Below are positions 24,464-36,948 of a DNA stretch of 55,131 bases, piece by piece. Every line of letters begins with the position of its first letter. Position 1 is the stretch's first letter. The DNA is taken from assembly GCA_000388065.2 (NCBI GenBank), contig KB932213.1. One strand, 5' to 3'. The notes under the pieces were generated by a model. It did not search any database. It was not told the origin of the DNA and was given only the letters and a program-made list of their open reading frames with translations. Source of the DNA: Fonticula alba ATCC 38817. Taxonomy: Eukaryota; Protista; Nucleariida. The position numbers and the translations under genes were made by a program.

Positions 24464-26703
24464 CTGGGGGCAGGCGGAGGGGCGGGGGCGGGGGCGGGNN
24501 NNNNNNNNNNNNNNNNNNNNNNNNNNNNNNNNNNNNNNNNNNNNNNNNNNNNNNNNNNNNNNNNNNNNNNNNNNNNNNNNNNNNNNNNNNNNNNNNNNNN
24601 NNNNNNNNNNNNNNNNNNNNNNNNNNNNNNNNNNNNNNNNNNNNNNNNNNNNNNNNNNNNNNNNNNNNNNNNNNNNNNNNNNNNNNNNNNNNNNNNNNNN
24701 NNNNNNNNNNNNNNNNNNNNNNNNNNNNNNNNNNNNNNNNNNNNNNNNNNNNNNNNNNNNNNNNNNNNNNNNNNNNNNNNNNNNNNNNNNNNNNNNNNNN
24801 NNNNNNNNNNNNNNNNNNNNNNNNNNNNNNNNNNNNNNNNNNNNNNNNNNNNNNNNNNNNNNNNNNNNNNNNNNNNNNNNNNNNNNNNNNNNNNNNNNNN
24901 NNNNNNNNNNNNNNNNNNNNNNNNNNNNNNNNNNNNNNNNNNNNNNNNNNNNNNNNNNNNNNNNNNNNNNNNNNNNNNNNNNNNNNNNNNNNNNNNNNNN
25001 NNNNNNNNNNNNNNNNNNNNNNNNNNNNNNNNNNNNNNNNNNNNNNNNNNNNNNNNNNNNNNNNNNNNNNNNNNNNNNNNNNNNNNNNNNNNNNNNNNNN
25101 NNNNNNNNNNNNNNNNNNNNNNNNNNNNNNNNNNNNNNNNNNNNNNNNNNNNNNNAGGGCGACGCGTCAGCGGAAGAGGGAGGGGGAGATGGAGGTGCGG
25201 GAGGGGGGGGGGAGAGACGAGGGAAGGAAGAGAGGGGCAGAGGCGGGAGGAGGGTGTGGGCGGCGGGAACGGGCGGGGCCTTACATCAAACAGAAGGAAT
25301 CTTGAAAGGGTGGGTGGGGGACCGGCCGGGGGTCCGGCACGGCGAGGCGGCCCTCCGGCCGAAAAGCCTGGCCCCCCCCCCCCCCCCCGGCCCCCTCCCC
25401 CTCCGGGGCGCAGCCGCCCCAGTGTGGCCGGCAGCTGGTGGCCCGGGCCCCGACAACAGGTCTGGCCGGGGGCCGGGGCCAAGTCCCCTGCCCGGGGTGG
25501 GCGCGTGTGTTATGGCGCGCGCGCGCGCGCGCGGGTGGGCGGGGAGCACACCGGGCCTTGTGTGCGCCGGCGCCAGGGCCCGAGAAGAAGGGCACGCCGG
25601 CGCCCCCCCCCCCCTCCCCGTGCCCGCTCTCGCGCCCGAATGGCTGCCGGCCGCGGCCCGCCCCGGGGGTGCGGCGGGCGCACGGAGAAGGGTGTGCGCG
25701 CTCCCCTCTGGTCTACGCGCTTTACGGGAACCCCCCACCTGTGCACGCCGGCCGGCTTGCGTGTCCCGATGCACCACCCCCTCCCTGGAGAGAGAGAGAG
25801 AGAGGCCGTGGGAGGGGCCCGGCTCCGGGCGGCCACGGCCGGGCTGCGGCCGCCGCCAGCCGGGGCCAGGGTCGGTGGCCCCCCCCCCCCCCGCCCCCCC
25901 CGCACGCCCAGGCGACGAGGCCGGCCCTCTCGCTCTCCGGAGAAGGGGGCTGGCCGGGGGATTAGATAATTAGCCGCGATGAGAGAAGGAGAGCGAGACA
26001 GAGAAAAGCACCCTGGCACACCAAACTCCCAGGCAAGCGGCAGGCGAGAGGCGGGAAATATCGATGGCTGGAACATTCGTGCTGCGCGGTGGCCGCCGCC
26101 CGGCAGTTGACTGAGGGGGGGGGGGGGGCGGGGTGAGCGCACTGCCCAGGCGCGCATGCATGGCAAGAGCGCCGGAGGCCGCGCCCCCCTCCCGCCGGGG
26201 CCAAAATCAAAATAACACGCCAGTCTGACCACCACGGCCTGCTGACCCGGCCCCCCCGCCCCCCCGCCCAGGGCGTGGCCAGCCGAATGCGACAGATGCG
26301 GCGGCCCGGGCGCAGGCGCGGGGGGGGGGGGGGTCCGAACTGCTCCGTTGGCCGAGAGTGTGCCCAGGGTCGGATGGGCGCGCGATCGCTCCCCGGTCGC
26401 GCACGCGCTGGGACAAGTACCGGCGCCGGTGCGCCGCCCGTCTCGCGGGATCCGCCTCGGGCAGGGCTTTGTCGCCCCCCTCCCCGGCCTTCCCCCGGAG
26501 AGGCGCACATGTGCCCCAAAAGCGGAGCGGTCGCCCGCCCCCGTGAGCCGGGAACAACGGCCGCGCGCGGGGGGCGGGGGGGGGGGGGGGCGCGAAAACA
26601 CGCGCAAGAACAGTGAAGAGGCCGCCGAGGCCCGGGCCCCGGGGCCGACTCGGCGGCCCGCGCGCGGCCGAGGGGGGGGGGAGGGATATATACAGGGGAA
26701 GAA

Positions 26704-26710
26704 TATAAAA
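26704..26710 (+). promoter_or_regulatory. Possible TATA box (TATAAAA) in the divergent ATP6V1A/CTR9 intergenic region
   Basis: Consensus TATAAAA in otherwise very GC-rich DNA, about 1 kb upstream of the CTR9 ATG. No transcript evidence. Confidence 0.3.
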
Positions 26711-27761
26711 GCCTGCTTTGTTTACGCCTCGGCGGAAGAAGCCTCCACGGCCCCGGCCCCGTTCCGGGTGCCTTTGCTCCCCCGCGCGCGGCAGGTGCGC
26801 GGCAGGCGAAAGCCGACGACTGCGCTTCCCGGCTCACGCCACCCCCTTCCCCCGGGGCAGGAGGGCGCCTTCGGGCAAAGACCCAACAACCAAGTCATGG
26901 GTGTGTCTGCCCAGGCCCCGCCCCCCTCCCCGGCCCCTTCCTGCCCGCGCTCCGCCAGCTACCCTTGGTTGCCTGCAGGGCGGGAGGGAGAGGGCCGGAA
27001 CTTGAAGGGCTCACGTTGAGCGCCGGCCGTGCCCGCACGCGCGTGCCCGAACGCCCCCATCGGCGGTCGGTGCCGTCTGGCCACGACGGGAACGCCCGCC
27101 GGGGCGCCGGGCCGCCATCCTCTCTCCGCCCGGTCGGTAGGTAGGCCCAAGTCCCCGGGCTCTGGGGTTGGCCGCGTCGGTGCGCACCAGAACCCGCCCT
27201 CCGCACGGGGACCGATCTGAAAGGCGAGACTCACATCACGCCGCACCAACCGTCAATACCATTCCATGATCAGCACTGCGGCGCCGAACGTCACGCGCGC
27301 CAGCTCCAGGTGCTCCTAGCTCCTGTAACGCTCTAGATTCCATTCACGTATACGCACGCCGGGGGGGGGGGGGGGGACGGCCGAGGGGCGCTTGCCCGAG
27401 AGCCCCTCCTCGGCCCTCTCTTTTGGGCGTGTTCCCGCGGAGGCGCGCGCGCGCGCACCCGAGGACGGCCTCGCCCGGGGGCCCGGTGCGGGGGCTCCCC
27501 CGGCTGGAGCTGAGTGTGCGGCTACCCTCTTGTGCGACTTTGGCCTGGGTGGACGCGCTCCCGCCCGGCACTCCCCTCCCCCCCCCCTGCCCCTCTCCTT
27601 CCTCCTCCTATTCCCTGCCTCTTCTCCCGGCCACCTCCCTCCTGCGTGTCACCCTCCCCCTCCTCCCCGCCTCCTGACTTGTGGCCCTCGAGACAGGCGG
27701 GCGTCTCCCCTTGACCCCTCCCTCCCCCCCCCCACTGCCTTCTCCTCCTCCTACACGCATC

Positions 27762-30700
27762 ATGTCGGCCAACTTCAGCGCCTTCTTCGAGTTCCCCACC
27801 CGGGCTGGAGCCGGCGCGCCGCAGGAGGTCATTGTCTTCCCGCTGGCCGACTTGACCAACGACGCGAGCGAGCTGGTGGAGATCCTGCGCGAGGAGTGCC
27901 CACCGCTGGGCATCTGGCGCCGCCTGGCTGTACGCGCGAACCCACATGGACGCCTGTCCCCCCCCTCCCCGGCGACGGCTTGTCACCGCCACCTCCGCTG
28001 ACCCGATCGCCCATCGCCGCCACCGTCCCTCCCTCCTCGCACCCTGTAGCTGGAATTCTGCCGTCGCGGCTTGTCCTCGGCCGCGCAAACGGTCCTGGAG
28101 AATGCCTGCGAGTCGCGTGCGTCACGCGTCCCTTGCCCTGTTCCGCCGGCATCCGATCATCTAACCACGTACCGCGGTGGGTGCTTCCTCCCCACGGCGC
28201 AGAGTCCTTCAAGAAGTATGTCTTCAACCGCCACGACCCGGCCTCCTATCAGTATAGCAGCACCTCCAGCGATCCGGAGACGACGCACATCTTTTCGGAC
28301 ACGCGCAATGAGCACGTCCTCTCGTTGGTGTCCCTGGGCGCCTCGCTGCTGGCCTCGGCCTCGTCCACCCATGTGCGTTGGTGTCTCCCTCATGCAGCCA
28401 CACGGGCACAAACCCATCCAAGCCGTCCTACTCCTCCTGCTCCTCCTGCTCCTCCTGCTCCTCCTGCTCCTCCTGCTCCTCCTGCTCCTCCTGCTCCTCC
28501 TGNNNNNNNNNNNNNNNNNNNNNNNNNNNNNNNNNNNNNNNNNNNNNNNNNNNNNNNNNNNNNNNNNNNNNNNNNNNNNNNNNNNNNNNNNNNNNNNNCT
28601 CCTCCTGTTCCTCCTGCTCCTCCTACTCCCCCTACTCCTCTTACTCCTCCCGCTCCCCCTACTCCTCTTACTCCTCCCGCTCCTCTTGCTCCTCCCGCTC
28701 CTCCTCCACCCCCCACCCACACTCACACTCACACTCACACTCACCCTCACACTCCCTGCTCCACCCCCCACCCACACTCACACTCACACTCCCTACTCCA
28801 GGACCCAGCTGAGAAGACCCGCTTGCTGCAGAAGGCCACCAAGACCTTTGAGCAGGCTGAATCCACCGATCCCAACCACATCATCAGCCGGATTGCACAG
28901 GGTGCGCATCTCCCCATTCCCCCGTGGCCATAGCCGCACCCTCTTGTCGATTGCTGACCGCCGGGCCCATGTGTCCCCGCGCTCGCGGGTCGCCAGGTGT
29001 CGGGCTGCTGATCGGCGAGAATATCGCCCAGGCGGCGGACAAGTTCCTCCCGATATTGGAGGAGTCGCCGAGCAACATCCCGGCCATGCTCGGCATGGCG
29101 GCGGTGCTCTTCTGGCGCCGGCACTTCGTCGAGGCGCTGGAGCTCTTCCGCCGGGCGTTGATCCTGCTGCCGCCGCCGCCATCGACCGAGGAGCTGCTCC
29201 AAGCGCAATTGGCCCGGCGCGCCAGCGGCGCCGGTTCCAACCCGGACGTCGCCTCGGAGGAGGATCTGGCCGCCGATGTGGCGCGCATGTCGGCCTTCCT
29301 GCATGCGCCGCTCAATGGCGCGCGCTTGGGAATCGGCCTGTGCCAGTTTGCGCTGGGCCGGCTGGACATCGCCCGGGCGGCCTTCCGCCGCGTGCTGGCC
29401 ACCGACCCCGGGCATGTGGAGGCCATGGCCTGCCTCGGCTTGTTGGACTTGCATACCAACACCGCGGACAGCGTGCAGCAGGGGATTGCCCGGCTGGCGG
29501 AGCTCTTCCGCCGGCAGCCGCACCATGTGGTGCCGCTGACGCAGCTGGCCATGAGCCACCTGTATCGCGGGGATGTGGACACGGCCGAGCGCCTGGCCCT
29601 GCATGCGTATCATGGCGCGGCGGCGGCCCCGGCGCGGGCCAGCGCCGCCCTGGCCCTGGCCCGGGTGACGCACCATCGGGAACTCAACTCGCCGGCCCCC
29701 CTGCAAAGCATCACCTTCAAGGCGTTGGAGTATTACACCGAGGCGGCCCGCTTGGATCCCACCCTGGCCGAGGCGCACTTTGGCCAGGCCCAGCTGCGTA
29801 TGCTGTCGGCCGAAGTGTCCCTGGCCCGGGGCGAGACCAATGCCAGTGCCGTGTCGCTGAGTCACCAGCTGCGGGCGCTGCAGTCGGCCAGCGAGGCCCT
29901 GCGCCTGGCGCCCGGTGATCTGGACACCATTCGCCTGTTGGGTGTGCTGCATGCGCGTGTGTCGGTGGCCCTGTTGACGGTCAACCGGGCGGTGTTGCCC
30001 TCGCTGACCATCCAGCCGAGCAGCTCCCCCTCGGAGTACCGCCTGGCGGCGCAGCGTCTGCTCGGGGAGTCGCTGCAGCAGCGCCCGCAGGATGCCGCGG
30101 CCTTGGCCGAGTGGGCGGCCCTGCAGCAGGCACACGGGCGCCTGCTCAGCGCTCGGGCCGGGCTCGTGCGTGTGGCCCAGATTTGGGCCCTCACCGTGGG
30201 CGCGGATGGACAGCTGCCGCACACATGCGCCCTGGCCAGCTCCGGCCCCGGGGGGGTCCCGGATGTGGCCAGCCTCTCGGAGTCCGAGTGCTTGGCCATG
30301 TTGCAGTGCGAGGCCGGGGCCGTGGAGCCGATTTCGGCCGAGGCCCTGGAGCAGGCCCTCAAGGGGATGGGCCTGACCGCGCGCGAGGCGGTGCTCCTGC
30401 CGGCCGAGCTGCTGACCAACATCGCGGTGTTGGATCACCAGCGTTTGTGTGATGTGGTGCTGGCCGGGTCCGGGTCGTCGGGCATTTCGGTGCCCGGCCT
30501 GGCGGACCCGGTGGCCGTGGTGGCCGCCGACCCGGCCGCCTGTCGGGCTCTGTATGCGGCTTGCTTGGCGCGGTTCCGGCTGCTGGCCTCGTCCGACGGC
30601 CAGGCAGCCGGCCGGGCCCAGCTGGCGGCCTCCCATCGGGCCCCCACCTTCGCCCCGGGATGTGCTCTTCCCCCGGTGTGCAGCACCTTCTCCGTGGGGG

Positions 30701-33700
30701 CCGACTTGAGCCCGTGCCCGAATCCGCGCGCCGCGTGGCAGCCATCGGAGGTGAGCCTGCGTGCGCGGCGTCTCATGCGCACGCTGGTGTACAACCTGGC
30801 GCGCTTTGATGAGGATGTCCTCGGGGATGTGGCCCGCGCGGAGGCGGCTCTCGAGGCGTTGGCGGCCGGGCCGCTGGCCGGGGCCACCGGGGCCGGGGCC
30901 ACCCGGTCGCCGGGACTGGCACCGGACGTCCAGCAGGCCTTCGCCGCTCTCGGGGCCGAGCTCCAGCAGGATGGGGCATACATTGATGCGCACTTGCGCC
31001 TGGCGCTGATGGCCCTGCGTCGTCAGAGCCCGCGCCCGCATGATGCCATCCGCCGGCTGCGCGTGGTCTTGAACATCGAGCGTAGCCATCCGATTGCCTT
31101 TGCCCTGCTGGCCCAGGCGTACCAGATCAACCTGTCGCAGGCGCTGCAGGGGCTGGCCAATTCCGGGCCCAGTGGGGCCAGCACGCGCACGGTGGACGAG
31201 CCATTGCAGCAGCTGACCCGGGCCCTGGAGGAAATCATGCGCAAGCAGCCGGACGATCCCTTTGCCCTGGTGATGTTCGGCCTGACCTACCACAAGCTGT
31301 CGAAGTTCCCGTTCAAGCAGCCGACCGAGGCCCCGGGAGCCGGTGGCGCTGGGGGTTCAGGCCCGGCTTCGGCCCCGGCCCCCGGCACGCTGGCCGAGAT
31401 CCAGGCCCAGGCGGCCGGCCGGGGGGTGACCCCCACGCAGGTGGTCCAGGCCCGGGCGCTGGACTACTTCAACCGGGCCCTTGGCTGTGACCCGCAGAAT
31501 GTGTACGCTGCCTTGGGCATCGCCGTGGTCCTGGCCGAGAAGGGGTACCTGGCCCAGGCGCGGGACATCCTGATCAAGATCTTCGAGGTGAACAAGCGCA
31601 TTCCCGAGGTGTACATCAATCTGGCGCATCTGTATGTGGAATTCCAGCAGTACGAGCACGCGGTGGGGCTATATGGCCGGGCATTGAGCCACTTCCACGG
31701 GGTGACCGGGCGCAAGTTGCTCAATGAGGCGGACGCGCGGCCGGAGTTCCTGGCCCGGCACTTTGCCCCGGCCATCAGCCACCTGCCCTCGCACTCGCCG
31801 GTGCTTTCGATCAGCCGGCAGTTTGCCCTGTTGTCGTACATCGCGCGGGCGCACTTCCTCCAGGGGAAGGAGGCCTCGCGGACCGATGCCCTGGAGAATG
31901 CGGAAAAGTTCCTGTCACTGGTGCGCGGGCTTCCGGCCTTTGCCTTTGTCTTTCCTTCTCCTCTCCCTGGTCCTTGGGATGTGGGTTATTTTTTTTCCCC
32001 GCCATTTGTTCCCTGCCTTTTTTTTTTTTTTTTGCGGCTTCCCCGTCCATCCTCTGACTTGCGCCTGTCCGCGTGCATGCATTTGCACGCATGTATATAC
32101 ATATATGTGTGTATACGCATACACACGCGATTCCCCCCTGTCTAGGCCCTGCGCTTGCGGCCCTGGGACCAGGCGACTCGCTTCAACCTGGCCCTGACAC
32201 AGCGCATCCATGCGAACTGCGTGCTGGATCACCCGATCGAGGAGCGCACGGTGCAGGACATCGAGCGGGCCCGGGTTCGCATCCAATCGGCTTGCGCGTG
32301 CGTGGATCTCTGGCCTGCTGGTCCCCCCCTTTCGCCTGCCCCCGCCCCCCGCCCCCCCCCCCCTGGGGCCTGCTCTCGTCTGACATGTTTGGTTGTCCCC
32401 TGTGTTTGTTTTCTTCTTCCTCCATCTGCCTCTCCCCCCTCGGTCTCTCCACTTGCCCGCCGGCCTGTTGACGCCTTCGCTGCTAGTACCTTCACGGCGA
32501 TCGCCGCGGCGGTCGGGCACTCGCGCAATCGCCAGGAGCTCGGCATGGCCTCGGAGCATGGTGCGTTTGGTCATGCCTCCCCGTTGCCCGGTTTGCTGGT
32601 CTTCCTTGGGCTCCCACCCCCCCCCCCCCCCTGGCCGTGGTCTTTCTTCCGTTGTCAGGCCCACTGACTGCCCATTCCCCCCTGCGGCCCTCTCTGCCAC
32701 GCACATGTCCGCAGCCAAATACTGCAGTGGCACTCTCATGAAGAAGGTGGAGTCCAGCATGGAAAGCCAGCTGGAGTCCGAGCGTGACATGGCCAAGATG
32801 AAGCGCGAGCTGGTGGCGGCCGAGGAGCATGCACGCCAGAGTGCGGCGGCGGCGGCATCGGCGGCGGCGGCCAAGGCCGCGGCCGAGGAGGCCGCGCGCC
32901 AGGAAACCCGAGCCATGATGCAGACCGCCGTCAAGAGCCTCGGCCTGGCAGACCTGTACAATCCGCAATCGTCGCGTGGCGACGGCAAGGACGCCGGCGG
33001 GTCCGATGATGAGGGCGGCACCGGGGGCCGGGGTGGCGGGCGGCGCCGCAAGCGCCGGACCGCCTCGCCAGCCGGGCGGAAGCGCGCGCGCGGCGACAAG
33101 TCCGGTCGCCGCGGGGACAAGTCCTCCTCCTCCGCCGAGCAGGACGATGCCTTCCTGGCCAGCAGCTCGGACTCGGAGGATGAGGATTTCCTCGGGGGCG
33201 GCCTGTCGAGCGCCGATTCGGACGTCGATTCCGAGGAGTCGGACAGCGGGAGTCGGTCGCGCCGTGGTGGGTCGTCTCGCGGCCGGGGGTCCTCGCGTCG
33301 TGGGGGCTCACGCCGCGGCCGGGCCGACTCCTCCGACGAGGACATCGACCTGGATGGCGACCTGGATGACAGCGAGGATGGCCGGGATTACCGGTCGGGG
33401 TCCGGGCGCCGGGGCGCCAAGGCCGGCGGGCGCCGCCGAGCGGCCTCGCCGGACGGCGAGTCCTCTTCGCGGCGGACCTCACGCGGTCGCCGTTCCGGTG
33501 GCCGGCTTTCCGCCCTGACCGACAGCCTGTCGGACTTCGATGAGGACACCGGCGACAGTGCCTTCGACTTGAGCCCGGGTGCCGGGACTCCGCCTGGCAG
33601 CGATGGCGAGCCGTCGGGCCGGCGGCGCTCGTCGCGCGTCGCGCGCGGTGCCGCGGATCGCTCGTCCGGGCGCTCCTCCCGCAGCAGCCGGGGGTCCAGC

Positions 33701-33874
33701 CGCCGGAGCCAAATCCTAGATGAGGCGGTGAACTACAGCATCGGGCATTCGGATGAGTTCGACGATGTGGACGGTGCCGATGACCGCCTCGGGGTGAATG
33801 CGTCCTCGATTGCGCGCGAGGTGGCCGAAGCTCGGAGTCTGAACTACGATCTGAGCGATGTCGAGGAGGATTGA
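27762..33874 (+). CDS. CTR9: RNA polymerase II-associated PAF1 complex TPR subunit CTR9; 8 exons
   Basis: Exons 27762-27929, 28050-28116, 28203-28372, 28802-28901, 28997-31920, 32146-32297, 32487-32560, 32715-33874; all frame-consistent. N-terminus EVIVFPLADL..ELVEILREECPPLGIWRRLALEF; TPR motifs SNIPAMLG, RLGIGLC, NVYAALGIAVVLAEKG, PEVYINLAHLYVEFQQYEHAVGLY, TRFNLAL; acidic Ser/Arg-rich tail. Confidence 0.93.
28431..28790 (+). repeat. (CTCCTCCTG)n 9-mer array followed by (CACACT)n in CTR9 intron 3; interrupted by a gap
   Basis: At least 8 perfect CTCCTCCTG units before gap 28503-28598, degenerate units after it, then CACACT hexamers. Confidence 0.9.
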
Positions 33875-34443
33875 GAGCGTCTCGCGGCCGAGGCGCGCGC
33901 GCGCGCACGTGTGCACGCGTATGCGCGCCCTGAAGTCCCTCGCTCATGTGGACTGGCCGCACACGCGCACACGCGCACACGCGCACATGCACGTCCACAT
34001 ACACGAGCGCGATCATCCTCTCCCTAATGTTTTCTCTTCCCCCCCCCCCCCCCCCATTGCATGCCTTTGCTTGAGAGCGGTGGGCGTGTCTCTTATACAG
34101 CACCTCCTTTTTTTTTTTTTTTCATCCCAGTGCCCTGTGTTGGTCCGCCGCCCCTCTCCTTGTCATGACGTGTGGTTCCGAAGTGTGTTTTCATTTGTTT
34201 GCAACGCTTGGCTCTTCCCGGGGGCGGGAGGGGGAGACTTGCATCTGGGGCATTCTGGTGGCTCGTCACCGGGCGAGGGGTGGTGGTGAAAAAGGCCGGC
34301 CAGGCGGCCGGGGGTCTAAATGGTGCACCTGGGAGTGCCCGTGCTGGGCGGCGTGCCGCGAGTTGTGGCAGGCTTTTCGCCATCTTTCCTTCTCTTTTCT
34401 TCTCGCCTCAATCCGAACGCTGTCACATGTGGCGGGGATGGCC

Positions 34444-36948
34444 TCATTGCAGGAAGCCCCGGGGTTTCCCTTGGCGTTGGGCACGGTCGCTCAGCTCCGC
34501 GTGACTGAGGTCCTCGAGGCGATTGAGTTCCCATTGGTCAGAGACCCGTGCCGAGCCCGGGGCGTAAGCCACCCAGCCGAGCATCGGGTTGAAGGTGATG
34601 TTGGCACGCCAATCGGCCAGGACCCGGTCTACCAGGGCCGCGGTGTGGGGCAGATCCTGACGGAGACATTCCAGCAGGCGCCGGACAAGGAATGACAGAG
34701 TGCTATGGGAGAGCCCGGTGGCCCGGGACAAGCTGCGCGCCCTGAGAGGGGGCCCGGTGAAGGTGAAACACGAGGGCAATGCATCCGGCAGGGGAGGATG
34801 GGCCAGGAGCTCGGTCCAGGGCCGGTAGTGGAGCAGCTGACTGATGGCATGCTCGATGACATGCTGGAAGTCATGGACAAGGTCGCCCACCAGCTGATCC
34901 AATTCGGCGCGGTATGCCGGCATCGGGTCGTCGGCAGGGTGCTCCGGCCGGCCAAGCTCCCGGATGAGGGCCGCGCCGATGCTGGCGAGGGTGTCGCCGG
35001 TGCTGGTGGCCGCGGCGTGTTCCAGGTACTGGACCGCCTGGCCGGGAGTGAGCTTGATGGTGTTGGCTAGGAGGAGAAAATCCAGGTGGTGCGGAAGGAG
35101 ACCGATGGCCCCGGCGCGTGCATGTGCCAGCAGGTTGGTCGATTCTCGGAGTAGGATACGTGGATCGGCAAAAAGCGAGGGCATCGGCACATGCAAGCAG
35201 GTGGGGGCTGCCTGGGGCTGGGGGTGGAGGCTAGCTTCGTAGAACCACCGCCAGCGAGCTTCGGCCATGCGATCGCCCTGCTCGAGCCAGCGGCGCGCGG
35301 CCTGGGACATTCGCCCGGAGCGCTGCACCCGGGGGAGAACCCGGAGGACCAGCTGTGCGTTCAGGGCCTTGGGGCGCATGGCGGAAAAGAGGTTGGACGG
35401 GCCGCCAATGGGGTCGCCAGCGTCGTTGGTGGTTGACTTGGCCTGTGTGCCGAGGAGCAAGAGTGGCAGGCGAGCAGCCAGCACCTGGTGGACCACCGGC
35501 ATCGGAAGGCCGAGCGCCCTGACAACCTCCTCCAGGGGCAGGGTGCCGGCCATACGGCGAATGCTGGGAACCGTGCGGACCACATGGGGGAATGCCAGTG
35601 GCCGGGTGATCCCCATGGTCCGGAGGAGGAGGCCCAGATCCAGGAGGCGCGGGGTGGCCGAGCCATTGTCGACAGCACCCTCGGCGCTGCTGGGGGTGAC
35701 CAGCCACTGGCGGCGGGTGTGGTCTGAAGGGGGCCACCAGGGATCCAGCGGGGTGCGGACCTCCTCCAAGGCGCGGGAGAAGTCTTGCAAGAGTCGCGGG
35801 TTGTAAAAGCGGACAATCGTCAGGGCCAGGCCCACGTTGATGATGCGGTATTCGACTCTCCGGCGAATGGTGGCGGTGGTCTTGGCACGGAAGTCCCAGT
35901 AGGCCTCGCGAAGGAGGGCGATGACGCGCTGTTTGCCGGTTCCATCGGGCGAGAATTCCAGCCGGTTGTCAAGCATGCGCAGGACCTCATCATAGAGGTG
36001 CCGGGGGATTGGGAGGGTGGACGGCGTGGCGAGGGGGGCGGATGGATCCCGGGCCGTGGAGGCCAGGCCGGAGGATTCGGCATTGGGGTCCTGGGCCCGG
36101 GCAGGCCCGGGGTGTGTGGCTGGGCGGCCGCCACCAGGCAGCAGGCCCAGTTGGATGGCTGGCAGCAGTGTGCCGGCCACGTACTCCTTGGGGGCCGGCG
36201 GGAGAAAGGGGTTCGGCGGCATCAGGGGGCTGGCGGCCGGCCGGATGGGGGTTTGCCAGCGGCCCGAGCGCTCAGTCTCACCGGCGAGGGCAGCTTCACG
36301 TGTGGCCGGTGGCGAAGGGGCACTTGCCCAGGGGGATTCGCGTGTGTCGAGGGAGCCGGACAGGGGGGAGCCGGCGGCGGCGGCGGCGGCGGCGGCGGTA
36401 GTAGCATTGAGGAAGCTGACCACTGTGGCGGCATTTCGATTGCGGCGACCGTGCACGGGCGGTGGCCGGCTGGTGGGCGCAAGCGCGGGGGTGGGTGCAG
36501 CGGTGTTGGTGTCCCGGGCAGGGTCCTTGTCATGGCGGAGTAGCCCGAGATAGTGGTCGTCATCGGTGTCCTCGTCGTCGGTGGCGAAGTAGTCAATTTC
36601 GCCATCGGGCCCAGCCCGCAGGGCCGTGGCTGATGTCTCCTGACGCGAGAAGAAGACCGCCAATTTCATGGCGATCTCGCGCTCGAGGCGTCCGGGATCC
36701 GAATCGTCTATCGAAGGGGACACCGGCGGGCTTTTTGGCGGGGCGTGTGAGGCGGTGGGGGAGGAGTCGTGGGAGGCGGTGGGAGCGGGAGCTGGGGCGG
36801 TGGCGGTGGCGGTGGCGGTGGCGGTGGCGGCGGCGGCGGCGGCGGCTGCCGCGCGCGCCGCCATCGGTCCGGTCCCACTACGGGCGCGCAGCTTCCAGAA
36901 ATGGCTGCGGACGGACAGCGCCGCCCGGGGCGGGTGCGCAGGGTTCAT
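34444..36948 (-). CDS. Uncharacterised intronless protein, about 835 aa
   Basis: Open frame of 2505 nt from ATG 36948 (MNPAHPPRAALSVRSHFWKLRARS), with protein-like composition and a helical-looking C-terminal half. No family recognised. Confidence 0.7.
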   Translation of the reverse strand: MNPAHPPRAALSVRSHFWKLRARSGTGPMAARAAAAAAAAATATATATATAPAPAPTASHDSSPTASHAPPKSPPVSPSIDDSDPGRLEREIAMKLAVFFSRQETSATALRAGPDGEIDYFATDDEDTDDDHYLGLLRHDKDPARDTNTAAPTPALAPTSRPPPVHGRRNRNAATVVSFLNATTAAAAAAAAGSPLSGSLDTRESPWASAPSPPATREAALAGETERSGRWQTPIRPAASPLMPPNPFLPPAPKEYVAGTLLPAIQLGLLPGGGRPATHPGPARAQDPNAESSGLASTARDPSAPLATPSTLPIPRHLYDEVLRMLDNRLEFSPDGTGKQRVIALLREAYWDFRAKTTATIRRRVEYRIINVGLALTIVRFYNPRLLQDFSRALEEVRTPLDPWWPPSDHTRRQWLVTPSSAEGAVDNGSATPRLLDLGLLLRTMGITRPLAFPHVVRTVPSIRRMAGTLPLEEVVRALGLPMPVVHQVLAARLPLLLLGTQAKSTTNDAGDPIGGPSNLFSAMRPKALNAQLVLRVLPRVQRSGRMSQAARRWLEQGDRMAEARWRWFYEASLHPQPQAAPTCLHVPMPSLFADPRILLRESTNLLAHARAGAIGLLPHHLDFLLLANTIKLTPGQAVQYLEHAAATSTGDTLASIGAALIRELGRPEHPADDPMPAYRAELDQLVGDLVHDFQHVIEHAISQLLHYRPWTELLAHPPLPDALPSCFTFTGPPLRARSLSRATGLSHSTLSFLVRRLLECLRQDLPHTAALVDRVLADWRANITFNPMLGWVAYAPGSARVSDQWELNRLEDLSHAELSDRAQRQGKPRGFLQ

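Noticed and set aside
27230-27345. Lower-GC island reading EHLELARVTFGAAVLIMEWY on the minus strand
   Set aside because: Short, with no start or partner exon and no recognisable motif; cannot be supported as a gene.
28431-28790. Regular repeats resembling an array
   Set aside because: Contiguous 9-mer and 6-mer simple repeats without spacers inside an intron; not CRISPR, and no cas genes are present.
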